Below, in pieces: positions 26,290-39,345 of a DNA stretch of 56,547 nt (its first letter is position 1; every line of letters begins with the position of its first letter). The DNA comes from Nemertoderma westbladi (taxonomy: Eukaryota > Animalia > Xenacoelomorpha), in NCBI GenBank assembly GCA_032718475.1, contig JAUCBJ010005009.1:1-56547 (forward strand), in the 5' to 3' direction. A program made the position numbers and the translations under genes. A model generated the notes under the pieces. That model did not search any database, had not been told where the DNA came from, and worked only from the letters and a program-made list of their open reading frames with translations.

Positions 26290-26484
26290 GAGACTCTGCC
26301 AGCAATCAGAATAATAGGAGAATCGCCACTCGTATCTTGACAATCACCACTACTAGTGACAGCGGTACATCTTTGGAAATCCAAAGAGTGTCCAGTACTT
26401 GGCAGTACTGCTGAAGAGGTCTAAAGCCGGCCGAAACGCCGCTTCTATTAATGGTTTATTATTATAATAATATTATTATAGTAA

Positions 26485-26737
26485 ATAAATTATATGTAAT
26501 TAAACATGACTAAGGATGATCCAACTCTATAGCAAATGGAGCCTTTGCCTCCGTTGCCACATTTGCCTCCGTGGTGTAGTGGTTAGCATACCTGAACGTT
26601 TATCGGGAGACGCGGGTTCGATCCCCGCTGGTGGCGAATTCATTTTTTCCGCTCCATTTGCTATAGAGTTGGATCATCCTTAGTCCTGTTTAATTACTTA
26701 TAATTTATACAATCTATGGATGTTAAACACTTATACA
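26485..26737 (+). mobile_element. tRNA-cored inverted-arm element, copy A
   Basis: 58-bp arms 26485-26542 and 26651-26708 (56/58 complementary); cloverleaf 26565-26636; TSD ATTATTATAGTAA at 26472-84 and 26738-50. Confidence 0.85.
26565..26636 (+). tRNA. tRNA-like cloverleaf (pseudo-tRNA or SINE head; nominal anticodon GTT, non-canonical loop)
   Basis: Acceptor GCCTCCG/TGGTGGC (6/7), D arm GTGT/GCAT, anticodon stem CCTGA/TCGGG with loop ACGTTTA, T arm GCGGG-TTCGATC-CCCGC; intact A and B boxes; T6 at 26643-48. Confidence 0.6.
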
Positions 26738-26869
26738 ATTATTATAGTAATATATAAAACTAATAAAAATGTAAAAATTAGCTTCCACAGAAGTGTTATA
26801 ATATATATATATTAATAGCTCAAGATATGTAGCAACGGACAAGTGTCGCTTTTTGTCAATATCACTTTC

Positions 26870-27680
26870 TAGAAAAAGGTCATTTAACCAATATTTCCAG
26901 TTCAACAATGTCAATAAAGTGACAGATAGCTTCAATGATCTGGGGATTTTAGTCATCGATACATTACATTTTGACCAATATTGTAGATTAGTGCAAAATC
27001 CTCAATCTCATTTTTCGTTGTTTTATTAGTAGCAACTGTGCAGCCTTATTACAAGCTTACGAAACTTACGTCCGCCCCATTTTGAATATTGCACTCCGGT
27101 TTGGTCACCTTTCCATGTTACTAGTATAGATCTCATTGAATGTGTGCAGTGGTTTTTTACTCGTCGTTTGTTTAATCGTTGTAATCTGCCTAAAAAAAAA
27201 ACTATGTAGACCGGCTTTCGTATCTTAAGTTGGAACCATTAGAAGTACGTAGAATCAAATTTGATGTATTAGCAACTTACAAAGTATTTAACAATCACAT
27301 ATGTCTAAACGTTGATAATTTTTTCGTTTTTTGTCCTACCTCTAACACACGAGGACACAAATTCAAACTTTTTACTCCTCACCACCGTCTTTTAATTTTG
27401 AAAAATCAATATTCTAGTCGCGTAGTATCTATCTGGAATTCATTACCTACGGATGTTGTCCTTTCTTTAAATACAACAATTTTTAAGAATAAATTACGTG
27501 CATGTAATTTGGTGAAGTTTTGTAAGTTCGACGGTGTTTTTCTTTCATTTTTCTCTATGTCCAAATTATCGGAAATTATGTCAGCCATTTTTTATTTCAC
27601 CTATTATTAGTGGTGTGTATTAACCTTGGTGATTTTTCTCCCTTCTAATATTATATTTTGAGTGCTTATAATAATAATAA
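26870..27680 (+). mobile_element. CR1 LINE 3' fragment
   Basis: DLGI, YVRPI, TPVWSP, LEPLEVRR, TRGHKFKL, SRVVSIWNSLP; (ATA)n tail about 27667-27680. Confidence 0.88.
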
Positions 27681-27711
27681 CAGGCTAGGTGACAGTATTG
27701 TATGGTGGTAG

Positions 27712-28320
27712 TGTGACGGGATCCGAGTTGGCAAAATACCCCGACTGGTGTGTGTGTGTGTGTGTTTCGAGTCGTATGGAAGACACGCGTCACCGCGTCT
27801 GCTAGGCTACTGAAAGGCTGTGAATGTAACTGAAAGGCTGAAGGCCAGTGAAATAACTGAATTTATAGTTATAGTTTCTCGTAATATCAGATAAGCACAA
27901 TCAGTCTAATATAATAATAGCAGTAAAAATAATAGCGACGACGGTTAAAAACCGTCTGACTTCTACACTCAATGTAGCCAACTGAAGCACAATTAACAGA
28001 GTAACGGTTATATATATTACATGGGATATACATTCCTACCTAGGTTTGGCCTACCAGTGAATGCGCGATAATTGATGGAAAACCACCAAGTCATTGATTG
28101 ATCTATTCTCCGGCCAATCCCTATTTTTCCCCTGGCCCTATGCTAGCTTCCCCCTGAGATGAGCTTATGTGCTGGCATCTCTCTCTAGCTGGCAGTGTAT
28201 ATTGCCTTGGTGCCTTTAGTATGCGATATTATATTGGTAATATCGCATATCCAATCATGATTCGTAAATCATGCTTTTCCCCATTCCGCTGGGTGGTGCA
28301 GTGAATTGGGTCCGCTTACA
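27712..28320. mobile_element. Solo LTR (609 bp)
   Basis: TGTGACGG...CCGCTTACA ends with 5-bp TSD GGTAG (27707-11, 28321-25). Confidence 0.85.
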
Positions 28321-29780
28321 GGTAGACTCAATGCATAATGGCCTGGAAATGTGAAATACCTATATCAGGCTGCATATTATTTGGAACGATGATAGCCACT
28401 CACTGTTACCCAGTCTGCTGCTAAAGAGTGTAATGACTGAAAGTCAAACAGTCGCCCATTAATTTGATTATGAAATGTCTGAATGTGAAAAACCTTCCCA
28501 CATTTTGTTGTTTTTATCCTTTGAACAGAGGGAATCTGCTTACTACAGGTACACTATAGGTATTGTTTGTGAGTTTAGTCTGCCGCTAAGGGGCAAAATA
28601 TCTGAGAGTTAAAACCTTCTCCCACTTTATTATTCAGTAGTACGTAATCCTTTGAGGTGATCTATCACAACATAATGCACATGTAGTAGTAGATTGTATA
28701 GATACCTGCCAAGTAAAGCTGCTTTTCTTTGGGAAATGCTGACATTTTGTTAAGAGGATTAATTAATTAATTTATGTTTGATATGTTGAATAAGCTTTTG
28801 TACGAGAAAGGCTTTCAAAAGGCCAACAGCCTTCTAATCGATAAATATACCTATATACATTGTAGGTTTTGTAGTTGTGGGTCTTACCATTCCAAATAGC
28901 GAAAACATGAATATATTAATGACATTTCCGACATTGTTGATGATTTAGGAGAACTCACCGAGACAGAGATATCGAGATGCACTAATATTGGCATGTCCTG
29001 ATATACAAACCACCTTCATCAGTCAGTGAGCAAACAGTGAACCCCCACAATAGTTTCATGTACCCGTACTAACAATGAGATCAATACCATATCAAGAAGT
29101 CTTCAATTACCTCAGTGTGAATTGCGAGTGTCGCAAGATCTTGATGATAACCAATATATCCATGACCATAAAGAACTTCTTGCATGCATCAAATGTCATC
29201 AAATGTGTCCAAGATTTGGGATCAAGGGAACTAGTGCCACAGGCACATGGCCAGAACCTACCCTTTGATTTGGTATGGTGCAAGTGACTATTCTTCTCAA
29301 TTTTCGCGATAGCCAACTTTGAGTTCTCCTACTGCATTAATAGTATGCTCATTATAACCGCAATGACCGATTTAGTGGGGGTAGAGACCATCAAACAAGC
29401 GCAGCGCGAATAGTTCTTGAGATATTGCAGAAAATGTTAAGTCCTGCACAAGTCAACATTACCGCTTTGATGCGATATGGACAAAATAGACTAAAAATTA
29501 TACTATGAATTATCTCAAGGGTTCAAGAATAGACACATCGCAGAAATGATCGATTTAGTAGGTGTAGACACCTTCAAAATAGGAGTAGAGTCATTAGTTC
29601 TTGAGTTATTGTACAAAATGTCAGGACTATGTCCACCAATGGATACTTTATATTGAGTTGACCCATTTCACACATTTTGTACAAAAATTAAAGAGAACTA
29701 ATCACTACTGTTTCAATTTGAAGGTGTCTGTATACCCTAAATCAATTCGTTGCAGTGATGTGTTTATTTTCATACCTTAA

Positions 29781-30030
29781 CCCTATTACCACTTGGGTGT
29801 TTAGACCATTAGCAGCACTGGTGGGGGGTCGATTCCCCCCCCCCCCCCCCACTGTATTTTTGTTATCATCCAATAAAATCCTACGAAATCTGTAAAAGCT
29901 TTTGCGGGATATAACTGGCCCTTTTCTCCGCAATGTACTGTGTAAGGTGTTTTTAGAGGACATAACTAGCGATTTATCCGCTGTGTCTGCATGTGTGCTT
30001 TAGCGGACATAAAAAGCCAGTTTTCCCACA
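29781..30030 (+). mobile_element. piggyBac-type non-autonomous element, left end only
   Basis: TTAA-CCCTATT start and GGGG..CCCC subterminal hairpin like 37253; matching right end not found, so end coordinate is approximate. Confidence 0.4.
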
Positions 30031-32137
30031 ATGCGCTCAAATACTCTAAGCTACCTAACTCAAATGACGCAATCTACCAAACGATTTGCTGTACGCCTAT
30101 AGGCTCTTTGTTCTGTTCGATCAACCAATCAGAACAATGATCCACCAATCAGAGCGATTTCACCTTGTGTTGAATATGGGCTGCAAAAACCCGAATAGTT
30201 CGGCATTTAGACATTCGTGGAACCTACAGAATCTGGAACTCGGCCAATGAGAGCTGTTTCTCTTTGTGTTGAAAGATACCTACAACAGCCCAGAGGGATT
30301 AGTTGTGTTGGTTTTCCCAAGCCTAGAAGACCGGCTTTGGAATCTCTGTGTTTTCAGACTTTAGCCCAACATTAGTAGGCTTAATTATAGAACGTATATC
30401 TGTTATCATAACATATCATAACCATTCATACCTTAACATTTGTACTGCTATTTACTGTCGGTTATTCATTATATCAGTTGATGGAATATTATTATATTTG
30501 GAATATCGATAAATAATTACAAAACCCTCAATCTTCTTGATATACTGAAGGTAAGAGAGACCGGTTACATATAACGATTGCGACTTACATTAAAGTGGTT
30601 TTGAAGTGAATCTAATGCTATTTCATAGGCACTACATGTATTGGTTGTTGTTCTCTTTATATGTGACTAAAATTAGTGAAGGTCGGCAGATCGGTGTGCA
30701 GCATTGTGCAGTATTGTGTATGATTGTGACTGATAACAAAGCATTTCCTAAAGAATGCGCCATATACGTGAATCCATAGCCATCCCGTTGTGTCTAGTTT
30801 AAGTCATAACTCTGTTTACATATTTAGAGCGCCACGTCCTAAAGAAACTGTTAATATTTCCCGAAAGTGAATAATATTTGTCAGAGATTATATATTACGA
30901 TCAGTCGAATAATACAGTAGGCCTACACCGCAATAAGGTTAGGCTTCCGAATCCAGTCTCCCGGGTATATCCAGCGGGTGAATGGTCGCGCATAGACTGG
31001 CTTCGGCTAATGTAGTGTATCAAATACTCGTCATAGGCTAAAGTCGATTTATTATCTAGAAGACATCCAAATTTGGCAGGTTAAACTGCTAAAGGTCTAA
31101 AAGCGCGAACAAAATTTGTGCTGTAGGTGAAAAAATTATAGAAGAACATTTTCAAAGCCAAAAATGGGTATAATAAATTTCATGAAAAATAGAAGTCCCA
31201 GGACAAAATATACATTTTTTTGATATTCCAAAAACTGATAGTGTGGCATTGTTGGCTAGCATTTAGTAGGTTTTTCACTACGCTGAATCGAATGTGATTA
31301 TATTCCATTTCCGAAAATTGAACTGGATGCTATTTTCCGTGCACCTAAGAAGTGGGCGTGGCACTTCAAATTTTGTAAAATACGATATTCGGAAAATACC
31401 CCCAACTTTTGATTTCAACGCGTTTTTATAGGTTTTCTTGACCGCTGAATCGATTGACATTATATATATATATATATATTGACGTTATTGATATTAATCA
31501 TTATTTATATACCACCTACTTACATTTGCTACTTTAGGAGTAATATTAATATTAGTAATAGCAATATTAAACTTTAGGAATAATATTTGAATACGAAACA
31601 TTGCAGTTAGAACAAATACGTTTCAGATTATTCCCACTTGTACTGCGACGATGAAAAAGGGTTAAATTAGATAAGAAACGAAGTGTAGGCTTAGGGTACG
31701 GATAGTGGATTAAACCTTCTACAAAATAGCGATGTTTATTGTAGGGTAACCCCCACATGAATGACTTATATTGTTTTCAATTTTATTGTGGAGCATCGCG
31801 AAGGCTCAAAATTTCAACCCTTTGGGATCTGTCAAGATATCGATGAAATTTAGATTAATTTTTTTTGCCTTAATTTTTACCATTTGGCAACTTTTGCGCA
31901 CCGGTAGAACAATTGAATCGAAAAAAGGTAAAATACGCACCGCCCTAATAATAATATAAAATATTTTTTTTTTCAAACATAGGCCTACTATCTCTGAGAC
32001 CTGTTTACATATATTTTGGAAACAAAAACTAACAACATGAATATCATATGTTGAGCATATTTTTTTGTATATTATTTTTCCACTTTCCATTTTAACTTTA
32101 TTGAGTTCAGCCACATTAACTCATACATTCAGATAGC

Positions 32138-32290
32138 GGGGGAAACTTGACGCAATAAAAATTCATCCCTCTCCAGGGGAAATTGGACGCAAATAACAGC
32201 TGATTACTCTCAAAAACAAAACTGTAAACTGTTCTATTGTGTTTAGTTTATTGTTTTGGTTACGTTTTGGTTTTGCGTCGAGTTCCCCCC
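32138..32290. mobile_element. Small MITE, internally deleted copy of the 221-441 family
   Basis: GGGAAACTTGACGCAA / TTGCGTCGAGTTCCC TIR and shared interior. Confidence 0.65.
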
Positions 32291-33122
32291 CCCCCCCCCG
32301 CCCACTATACATTACATAAAAAAAATACTTTCTTTTATAATTTATTTTGTGACTTTCTTTTGTGCCTTTCTTTTAAATTGGTATCTATTTTTATATTGTT
32401 TAAATTAAATTTAAAAATTTAATGTCCACAATAATAATCCATTTTGCATTACTTTGTGTAGTGTAATTTAAAAGTAGATTTATTGGTGGTTAATGTGCTT
32501 GTTACAGTTTAATGAGTTTATATGTTTAACAGCTTTCTGGGGAATTATGCTTATGCAGAAAACCGGCAATTTTACACCGAAAGCCAAAGCTAGGCTTTAT
32601 AGTTTTAAATAGGTAATTTATGTATAATGTGTAATGATGTATCATCCGAATGTGAGTAGTAGTAAATAGTGATTAAGTAGTTAATGGAAAGAACTGCAAG
32701 TAAGACTGTATAGAAGGAAAATAGGGACAAACGAACTGCCTTAGTAGTTAGAACCCAATTCATCGTATTATTATCTCATAAATAAATTCTAAGTTGTCAT
32801 TGCTTATGACGAACTAGATCGGTTCGTTTCTGTGAAAAAATGACAATGCCCTGTTTTACAGAGCCCTTAATAAAATTACAAGTTTTTAAATTCATAAAGG
32901 AACGTTTTCCATTTGAATGCCCTCGGTGTAAAATGATGCATGTATATTTTTGTGAAAAAAATATGTCACATTTACAATAATTTCACTAAGTCTCTCCCAT
33001 GGATAAAAATTTTCCATTTTCATTTTCCAAAATATTATATGGAAATAGCTAATAAAAACGACAACCTCTCTACAGCGACCATTGTGGATTAAAAAAGTCC
33101 AAAATGGATGTCATGTGATGAC

Positions 33123-33646
33123 TCTGACGGGATCCGAGTTGGTGATGGGATCCCGACTGGATAGATCTCTAGTCGTAGTTTCCTACGGGTCGCTGATGTT
33201 ATTTGTTTGCAGTATTTACCGGTAGATGACTTACAGCACAATACATGAAATAGGTGTTACGGGCGACGTGAAAAACTATGTAACTACTACACCAACTATA
33301 ATGCCAACTGCACTAGTAGACACATGATGACAGTATATATGTGGAAAATTAGGGGGAAAGTATTACACAGTCCTAACACGTAAGGTTGGCCAACCAATCA
33401 ACACCTTATAATTACCAGCTGTGGCCCTCCCATTGGTCGGCTTATTCCACTGCTACAAACCCATGTCCCCCCTGCCCTGTGTTAGCCCCTCTCCCCTGAG
33501 AGGGGTTGTTAAACCATCTCCTGGCTAACATTGCTTCCTACATTCTTTGGTATGCAATATTGGCTAAATACCTGAACTGATTCGTAATTCAGTCCACCTC
33601 CCCATTCTGCCGGTAGGTGGCGTGTAGCGGAATGGATCCGCTTAAA
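33123..33646. mobile_element. Solo LTR (524 bp), related to 27712-28320
   Basis: Same GACGGGATCCGAGTTGG start and TCCGCTTA end (termini mutated); 5-bp TSD ATGAC (33118-22, 33647-51). Confidence 0.8.
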
Positions 33647-34302
33647 ATGACAAGAGGTTTGCAAATTGGCTAGTGATCCATTTATGTTTTTTTCTCAATA
33701 AACTGAAAAAGCTTTTACAATAATTATAATCAGTTGTACATTATTTTTAAAATTACAAGTTCTCCAACCATATTATTATAAGGATACCTCAATTGTTAAA
33801 AAAAAGTCGGCTCCTGGAAATTTTCTGCTACAGATTTTAAGAAGTGGCTCCTTTCCGTCTGTAACTACACATCATGAAGGTACAAATTATAGCGGCGCAA
33901 GTGGTGCAACTTTGATGCAGAATATAAAATAATAATTCTTACTACATTATTGCAACATTATTGTCAAATCATCAGTGATTCAATTGCCATACGATCTTAT
34001 TGTGTATAACAATTAGGAGGGGTCTATATCTTTGTAGGTCGCATTGCCTCCGAGGATCGCCAATAAAGTGGCGTTCTGGTCTCGGTTTGGAGGATGGGGC
34101 TGGCCTCCCACATAAAGGGAACAGTTTACAGCGACTGTGAAATTATATCGCGTATAAAGATATAAAGACTACAGAATAGGTTTCATTATAATCGTAATAT
34201 AGCGGCAGTAATCCGTATTTTGTATTAGAGTCCTAAATTATTTATATGGGGAATTTATAGTATTTTTATCTAACGATTTTTATGGAATTTATTTTTTTGT
34301 AG

Positions 34303-34702
34303 GTATTGGAGTGTTACAAAAGCAATAGTCTACACAAGACGACGTACAAAGAAACTCATCTACGTAATGATAATGACTGCCTGGTTGGGTGCCTTATTCA
34401 TTAGCATCCCTCCACTGATTGGGTGGCGGAAACCTCATAACACTAGCCCTAAAAATCGTGTTTGCGAACTTCCTGTGGCCAATAAGGGCTACGTAATCTA
34501 CTCGACAGTATGTAGCTTCTATCTGCCATTGGTTTGCTTGTTGTTGCTGTATTGCCGCATATATCGGACAGCTAAGCAGCGTGTACGCGGTTCGCAGCAA
34601 CAAAAATGTCATTTGGTGACGATGCACAGCTATCAACCACCCCCTAACGGAAAGCAATTAAATCTTGGCACAGAGCCGAGTAAATCGCCTCATAGAAATA
34701 AG
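34303..34702 (+). CDS. ADRA2: Alpha-2 adrenergic-like GPCR, coding exon 3 (DRY, TM4, ECL2, TM5, start of ICL3)
   Basis: Acceptor ttttttgtAG at 34301-02 completes DR-YWSVTKAI; TM4 AWLGALFISIPPL; ECL2 Cys; TM5 YVIYSTVCSFYLP with S5.42 and S5.46; donor AAG|GTAAAA at 34703, phase 0. Confidence 0.93.
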
Positions 34703-35698
34703 GTAAAATACTTAATAATACTACAAATTCTTACTAAAGATTACTAATATAAAGCTGCTGTGTAATAATATTTCCTGCAATGATGTGAAGTTATTAAAAC
34801 AATGTCATCCAAGAAGAGTAGGTAGACCCTGTTGGCTGGGCTAGGATAATATTGTTCTCAATAATCAGAGCCACTGGGATGGGCATTGCATTCGGGGTTT
34901 ACGGGTCAAATGGCGACGTGGGTGAGCGTGGGGGTTATAGAGTATAATCGGGTCTGACTTGTTATAATAACTTACACTAACTATTGTAACATGGGCAGTG
35001 CAGTGGTTAAATATATATACTGAGATTTGATGCTTTCTTTGAATTTTTATATTGTAAAATCTTAGAAAGTTGTACAGTAATTTAGTAGGATATAACTGGT
35101 GCTTATGATCATTTTACTATTATAAGTTGTATGTTGGATCACGATTCTACAGATACTCCTAAAAAGCAGGTCTTTTCGTTGAGATTACTCTCAAAATAGG
35201 TCACGCTATGCACAAAATAGGAAACGTCAGTGGTAAAACTACAACAGTGATTGTAGTTTTTTACTGCTCTAGTTTAACAAATGATATTCTAAAATTTAGA
35301 TCACATGCTTTTAATACAACAACTCCTGTGTACTAACTAATTTTGAGTATAAATTTTCTAAATTCGTTGTAAAGTTGGAAATTTACAGCAGCTGTACCAA
35401 CAAATTTACAACAATGCTTGGCAGACTTCTGTTTATTTCAATTTCAATATAAACCGCATTATCAGGGTGATGCATTGCAGCTGCGTTGAGCATGATATGT
35501 CGACTTATCATGCCTATCAAGGATCAACCATGACTTTAATAAGATTAACCTCATCTTCAAGGCAGTAATCCGTTAAGGGGGGGACATCATTTTCGGACAA
35601 CTCTTCGATTTATCACTCTCAGCGTTTCAAAATTGTTTGGTTTAGGTTATAATTTGGATTAATGAGTTAACAATGAGTTAAAAATATAACTTAAGATG

Positions 35699-36739
35699 CC
35701 CTGGCCAGCCGCCAAAACTGCCAGACATGTACTTTAGTGTAATATATCATTTGAAAGAGAATTTAATTCTGAGCTTGCATGCAAAAATGTTGGGTCCAAT
35801 ACAAAAGTATAAAAATTTTATAGGCAATTCTTTAAATTACTACAATTCTTACTTTTCAATATTTGTGATTTAATCACAATTAAAAAAAATAGAATATATC
35901 CAGCGTTAGTCATCAGCTTTGCAGGATGCAGCCCTGTTTAAACAGTTATTACTGTCTGACTTTTGCTGTATTGCAATATATTGCAGTATTACGTTACCGG
36001 TATTTGTGTTTCTTTAGTCATTTTACTGAATTAGGCCTAACAGAAGTAATTAAAATGACAAGTTCCAGTGCAATCTTCGTGTGGTTTACAGAATCAGAGA
36101 TGTTACTTTTAGAGAGAGTCGTGATTCTGTGGCATAATCAAACTGAACTCAAACCAAAACAGCCCTTTTAAGGGCATACATCCTTTGTCACTATCGAGGA
36201 GCTCCCCGTGCTGCAAAGGGGAAACATGGGTGTATAGCTGATGACTAACGCTGGATAAATTATATTTTTTTAAATTGTGATTAAATCACAAATATTGAAT
36301 GGAAGAATCTGGGAATGCCTGTTCACCACCATGGGTGATCTTCCACAGTAGACCTGTTTCCCAAGTTACCTTGGTTCCCATTTATCGACCACTGAAGGAT
36401 GAAAGCCGGGGTTGGGCTAGGCTGCAGCATTTAAGGCACTTTGCCCAAACAGTGATGCCCCATCTAGGGATCGAACCAGGGATCCCTAATCGGAAGCCCA
36501 GTAATGTAACCACTAGACCAAGCTGCTGCTAAAAGTAAGATAGGTTTAAATAATAGCCTATATATTTTTTATACTTTTGTATTGGACCCAACATCTTTGC
36601 ATGCAAGCTCAGAATTAAATTCTCTTTCGAATGATATATTACACTAAGGTGCATGTCTGGCAGTTTTGGCTGGCCAGGGGAGGTTGGGGGGGGGGGGGGG
36701 GGGTGGGGGGGGGGGGCAATCATTATGGAACACCCTGTA
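35699..36739. mobile_element. Fold-back MITE with about 220-bp arms; Tc1/mariner-like right end
   Basis: 35699-35918 is the inverted complement of 36236-36299 plus 36531-36679; right terminus ...CACCCTG-TA. Confidence 0.75.
36300..36529 (-). mobile_element. Full-length tRNA SINE inserted in the MITE arm
   Basis: Minus strand TGGTCTAGTGG A box, GGTTCGATCCC B box, CTTTCATCCTTC..GGTCGATAAATG central domain; absent from the opposite arm. Confidence 0.8.
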
Positions 36740-37252
36740 CAGTACACGACAGGTCAGAAAATTTTTATTCTTCCCTATTTAATATTAGTTAATACTAGTT
36801 AATAGTAAAAAAAAATTGGTTTTGGTTAAAACCATAAGGCTTTTACAATTTTTTAATCTAATCACATGAAAGATTTTTTATATGATAGACCAAAGATGGG
36901 GCAACATAACTACAGTATAAGGGGAAGTTTTATTAAAATAATTCTGCATCGCTATGTGGTGCAGCAAATGTATGGTAATTTTTTAGGTTTGTTATAAATA
37001 GTATTAAATTTTATTAACAAAAAATTTTAAAAAGTTGTCTGATACTTTTATGCATGGTTGCTATGTAGTCACCCACAGAAATTTCCATACTAATTGCTCA
37101 AAAATTGTAGAAGTAGTAGGGTTTTGAAGTTGACAATTTCATAAAAAAAATATTTGGAGATAATTGACCTTTCATTATACTTAGTAATAGTAATTTCAAT
37201 AGGATTTCCTAAATGGAAATTGTTATAACTTGAAAACTAAAAGAGCTATTAA

Positions 37253-38817
37253 CCCTATTAAACCCGGGGAGGGATCAATATGACCCCCCCCCGTGGTTTT
37301 TTTATTATAATTCTGAAACAAACGCAGTTGGGAATCTGAAATTTTATGACTTTTCCTAAAAATCTATTGTCTTCCTAGTACTGAAAACCGTTTTCAAAAA
37401 TATTGGGTACTTTTCGAGTTATAGCACCATTTTTTAACCCTACTTTTGGCACTTTTTTTGAGACGTTTTTTGAAAATTACATTTCATTAAATATGAATTG
37501 TAACATCTCTATTTTTGATTTACACCGGTTTTTTGGTGTTAGAAATTGGATGGAATTCATATAAATTGATTTAGAAATTTCAAACTTGTTTTTTTCGGTG
37601 GGTGCCAAATTTTGGTGCCAGCACCAAATTTTGAAATAAGTCAATTTTGTAAATTGATTGTTTGAAACTTGTTTTTTACGCAATTGGGGTTTTTTGGGGT
37701 TCTAGATTCGATGAAATATATACGAGTTGCACCAAGCGTATCAAACTTGTATTTTTCGGTGCTGTGTGCAAATTTTGGTTCTAGCACGAAATTTTGAAAA
37801 TCCATTAAATAGATAAAATTGCTTGTGACAATTTATTTCTTGCGTTTTAGAGGTTTATGGCTGTTCTGAATTCAATGGAAAATATAATTATCGAACTAGA
37901 CATCTCAAACTTGTATTTTTCGGAAGTGGGTGCAAAATGTGGTGCTAGCACCAAATTTTGAAAACCATCAAATATGTCAATTGATTGTGTCACCTTGTTT
38001 CTTGCGTTATGCGGGTTTGTGATGGTTCTGAATGCAATGGAATCAGTAAAAATTTCATAAAAGTTCTCAAACTTGTATTTTTCGCCGGTGGGTGAAAATT
38101 GTTGTGCCAGCACTAAATTTTGGAAAATATGCAAATTGATAAGTAGATAGTATCACCTTGTTTCTTGCGTTATACGGGTTTATGAGGGTCCTAAATCCGA
38201 TGGAATCAATAAAAACAGCACTGGACATCGCAAACTCGTACTTTTTGGTGATGGGTACGAAATTTGGTGCTAGCACCAAAATTTGTCAAATTACGCCGAA
38301 AATACAAGTAGCAAAGATCTGGCATATTAGAAATGTATTCCATTAGAATCAGCGCCCTCGAAAACCTGAAAATGTGAATTTATAGCATCGTATAAGTGAA
38401 TTAAAAATTTTGTGTTCTAACTGAAAAGTGCTGGTTACTTGTTTTTTTCATTTTTTTCCTACGCAGAGAGGACTAAACAGCCATTAATAGTAATCATATC
38501 ATTTTTAAATATTTTCCAATGTATTTTGCACCCCAGAAAACCTGTATTGAAAAATAATTAGCCGAAAATGTAACTTTCAAATTTTGTGAAAATTGTGCAC
38601 TACTTGTAATTTTGGTGCTGCAATATAACCACCCCAGTACATTTTTTCGAAAATTTTTTTTTTTGGTCGGATCCAGACAAGTGATACCTACGTACAAACA
38701 AAAAATCAGACGTTTTCGTAAATATTTGTAGATTTTAGAGGGAGGGGGGGGGGGGGGGGCTCAATATGACCCCCTCCCGGTATTTGTACAACATTTTATA
38801 GCCCGGTACTAATAGGG
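37253..38817 (-). mobile_element. piggyBac-type non-autonomous transposon, copy 1 (1565 bp)
   Basis: TTAA TSD at 37249-52 and 38818-21, CCCTATTA/TAATAGGG termini, five internal 163-bp units; inverted near-identical copy at 52229-53791; strand is arbitrary. Confidence 0.9.
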
Positions 38818-39345
38818 TTAAATAGCGGTTTTCATCTTCTTTCTCTTTTCCTTTCTCGTTTTCATCTTCTCCTCTTTCGTCTTGTCGCACCGATATAAAG
38901 GAGTAAGGTGATCAGCACGGTAGCCTGGATCGACGATCAATGTGCTCAAAAAACATTTCCAAATCAGATGTGATTTTATTCAAACTTGATTATATTTTAC
39001 TGACACTAAATATTCTAAATTTATTGAACCAGAGATTCATCCACCCTTGCTATACTTACCGTATAGTATAATATACTCAGGAGAATAACTCACATAAAGT
39101 GCATTAATCAGAGTACAATGAAAGAATATAAGATCTATTTAAGATCCATTAAAAGTCGTGGCCACTAACGCACTCAAGCATTCCTATTAGGCCTATACAA
39201 ATAATTAATATCTTATGCATCGACTTTCTCCAACCAGCAGCACAGAACATAATTTTGCAGACGTACCACTTACGCCGGCCACCTGCCTTCTAATGTTACC
39301 GGCGATAATGAAATCCAACAAGAGCGATAGGATAATTATTAAAGT

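Noticed and set aside
25556-26314. Thr/Ala-rich antifreeze- or mucin-like ORFs
   Set aside because: 30-bp minisatellite artefact.
26565-26636. Functional tRNA-Asn(GTT) gene
   Set aside because: Anticodon loop lacks U33 and purine 37, there is an acceptor mismatch, and it is embedded in a repeated element with a TSD.
30030-30570. Additional solo LTR (CCAAT boxes, ends GGTTACA)
   Set aside because: No convincing 5' TG end or TSD found.
37477-38697. Duplicated small ORFs, also at 52252-53835
   Set aside because: Short chance ORFs within the two non-autonomous MITE copies; no transposase motifs.
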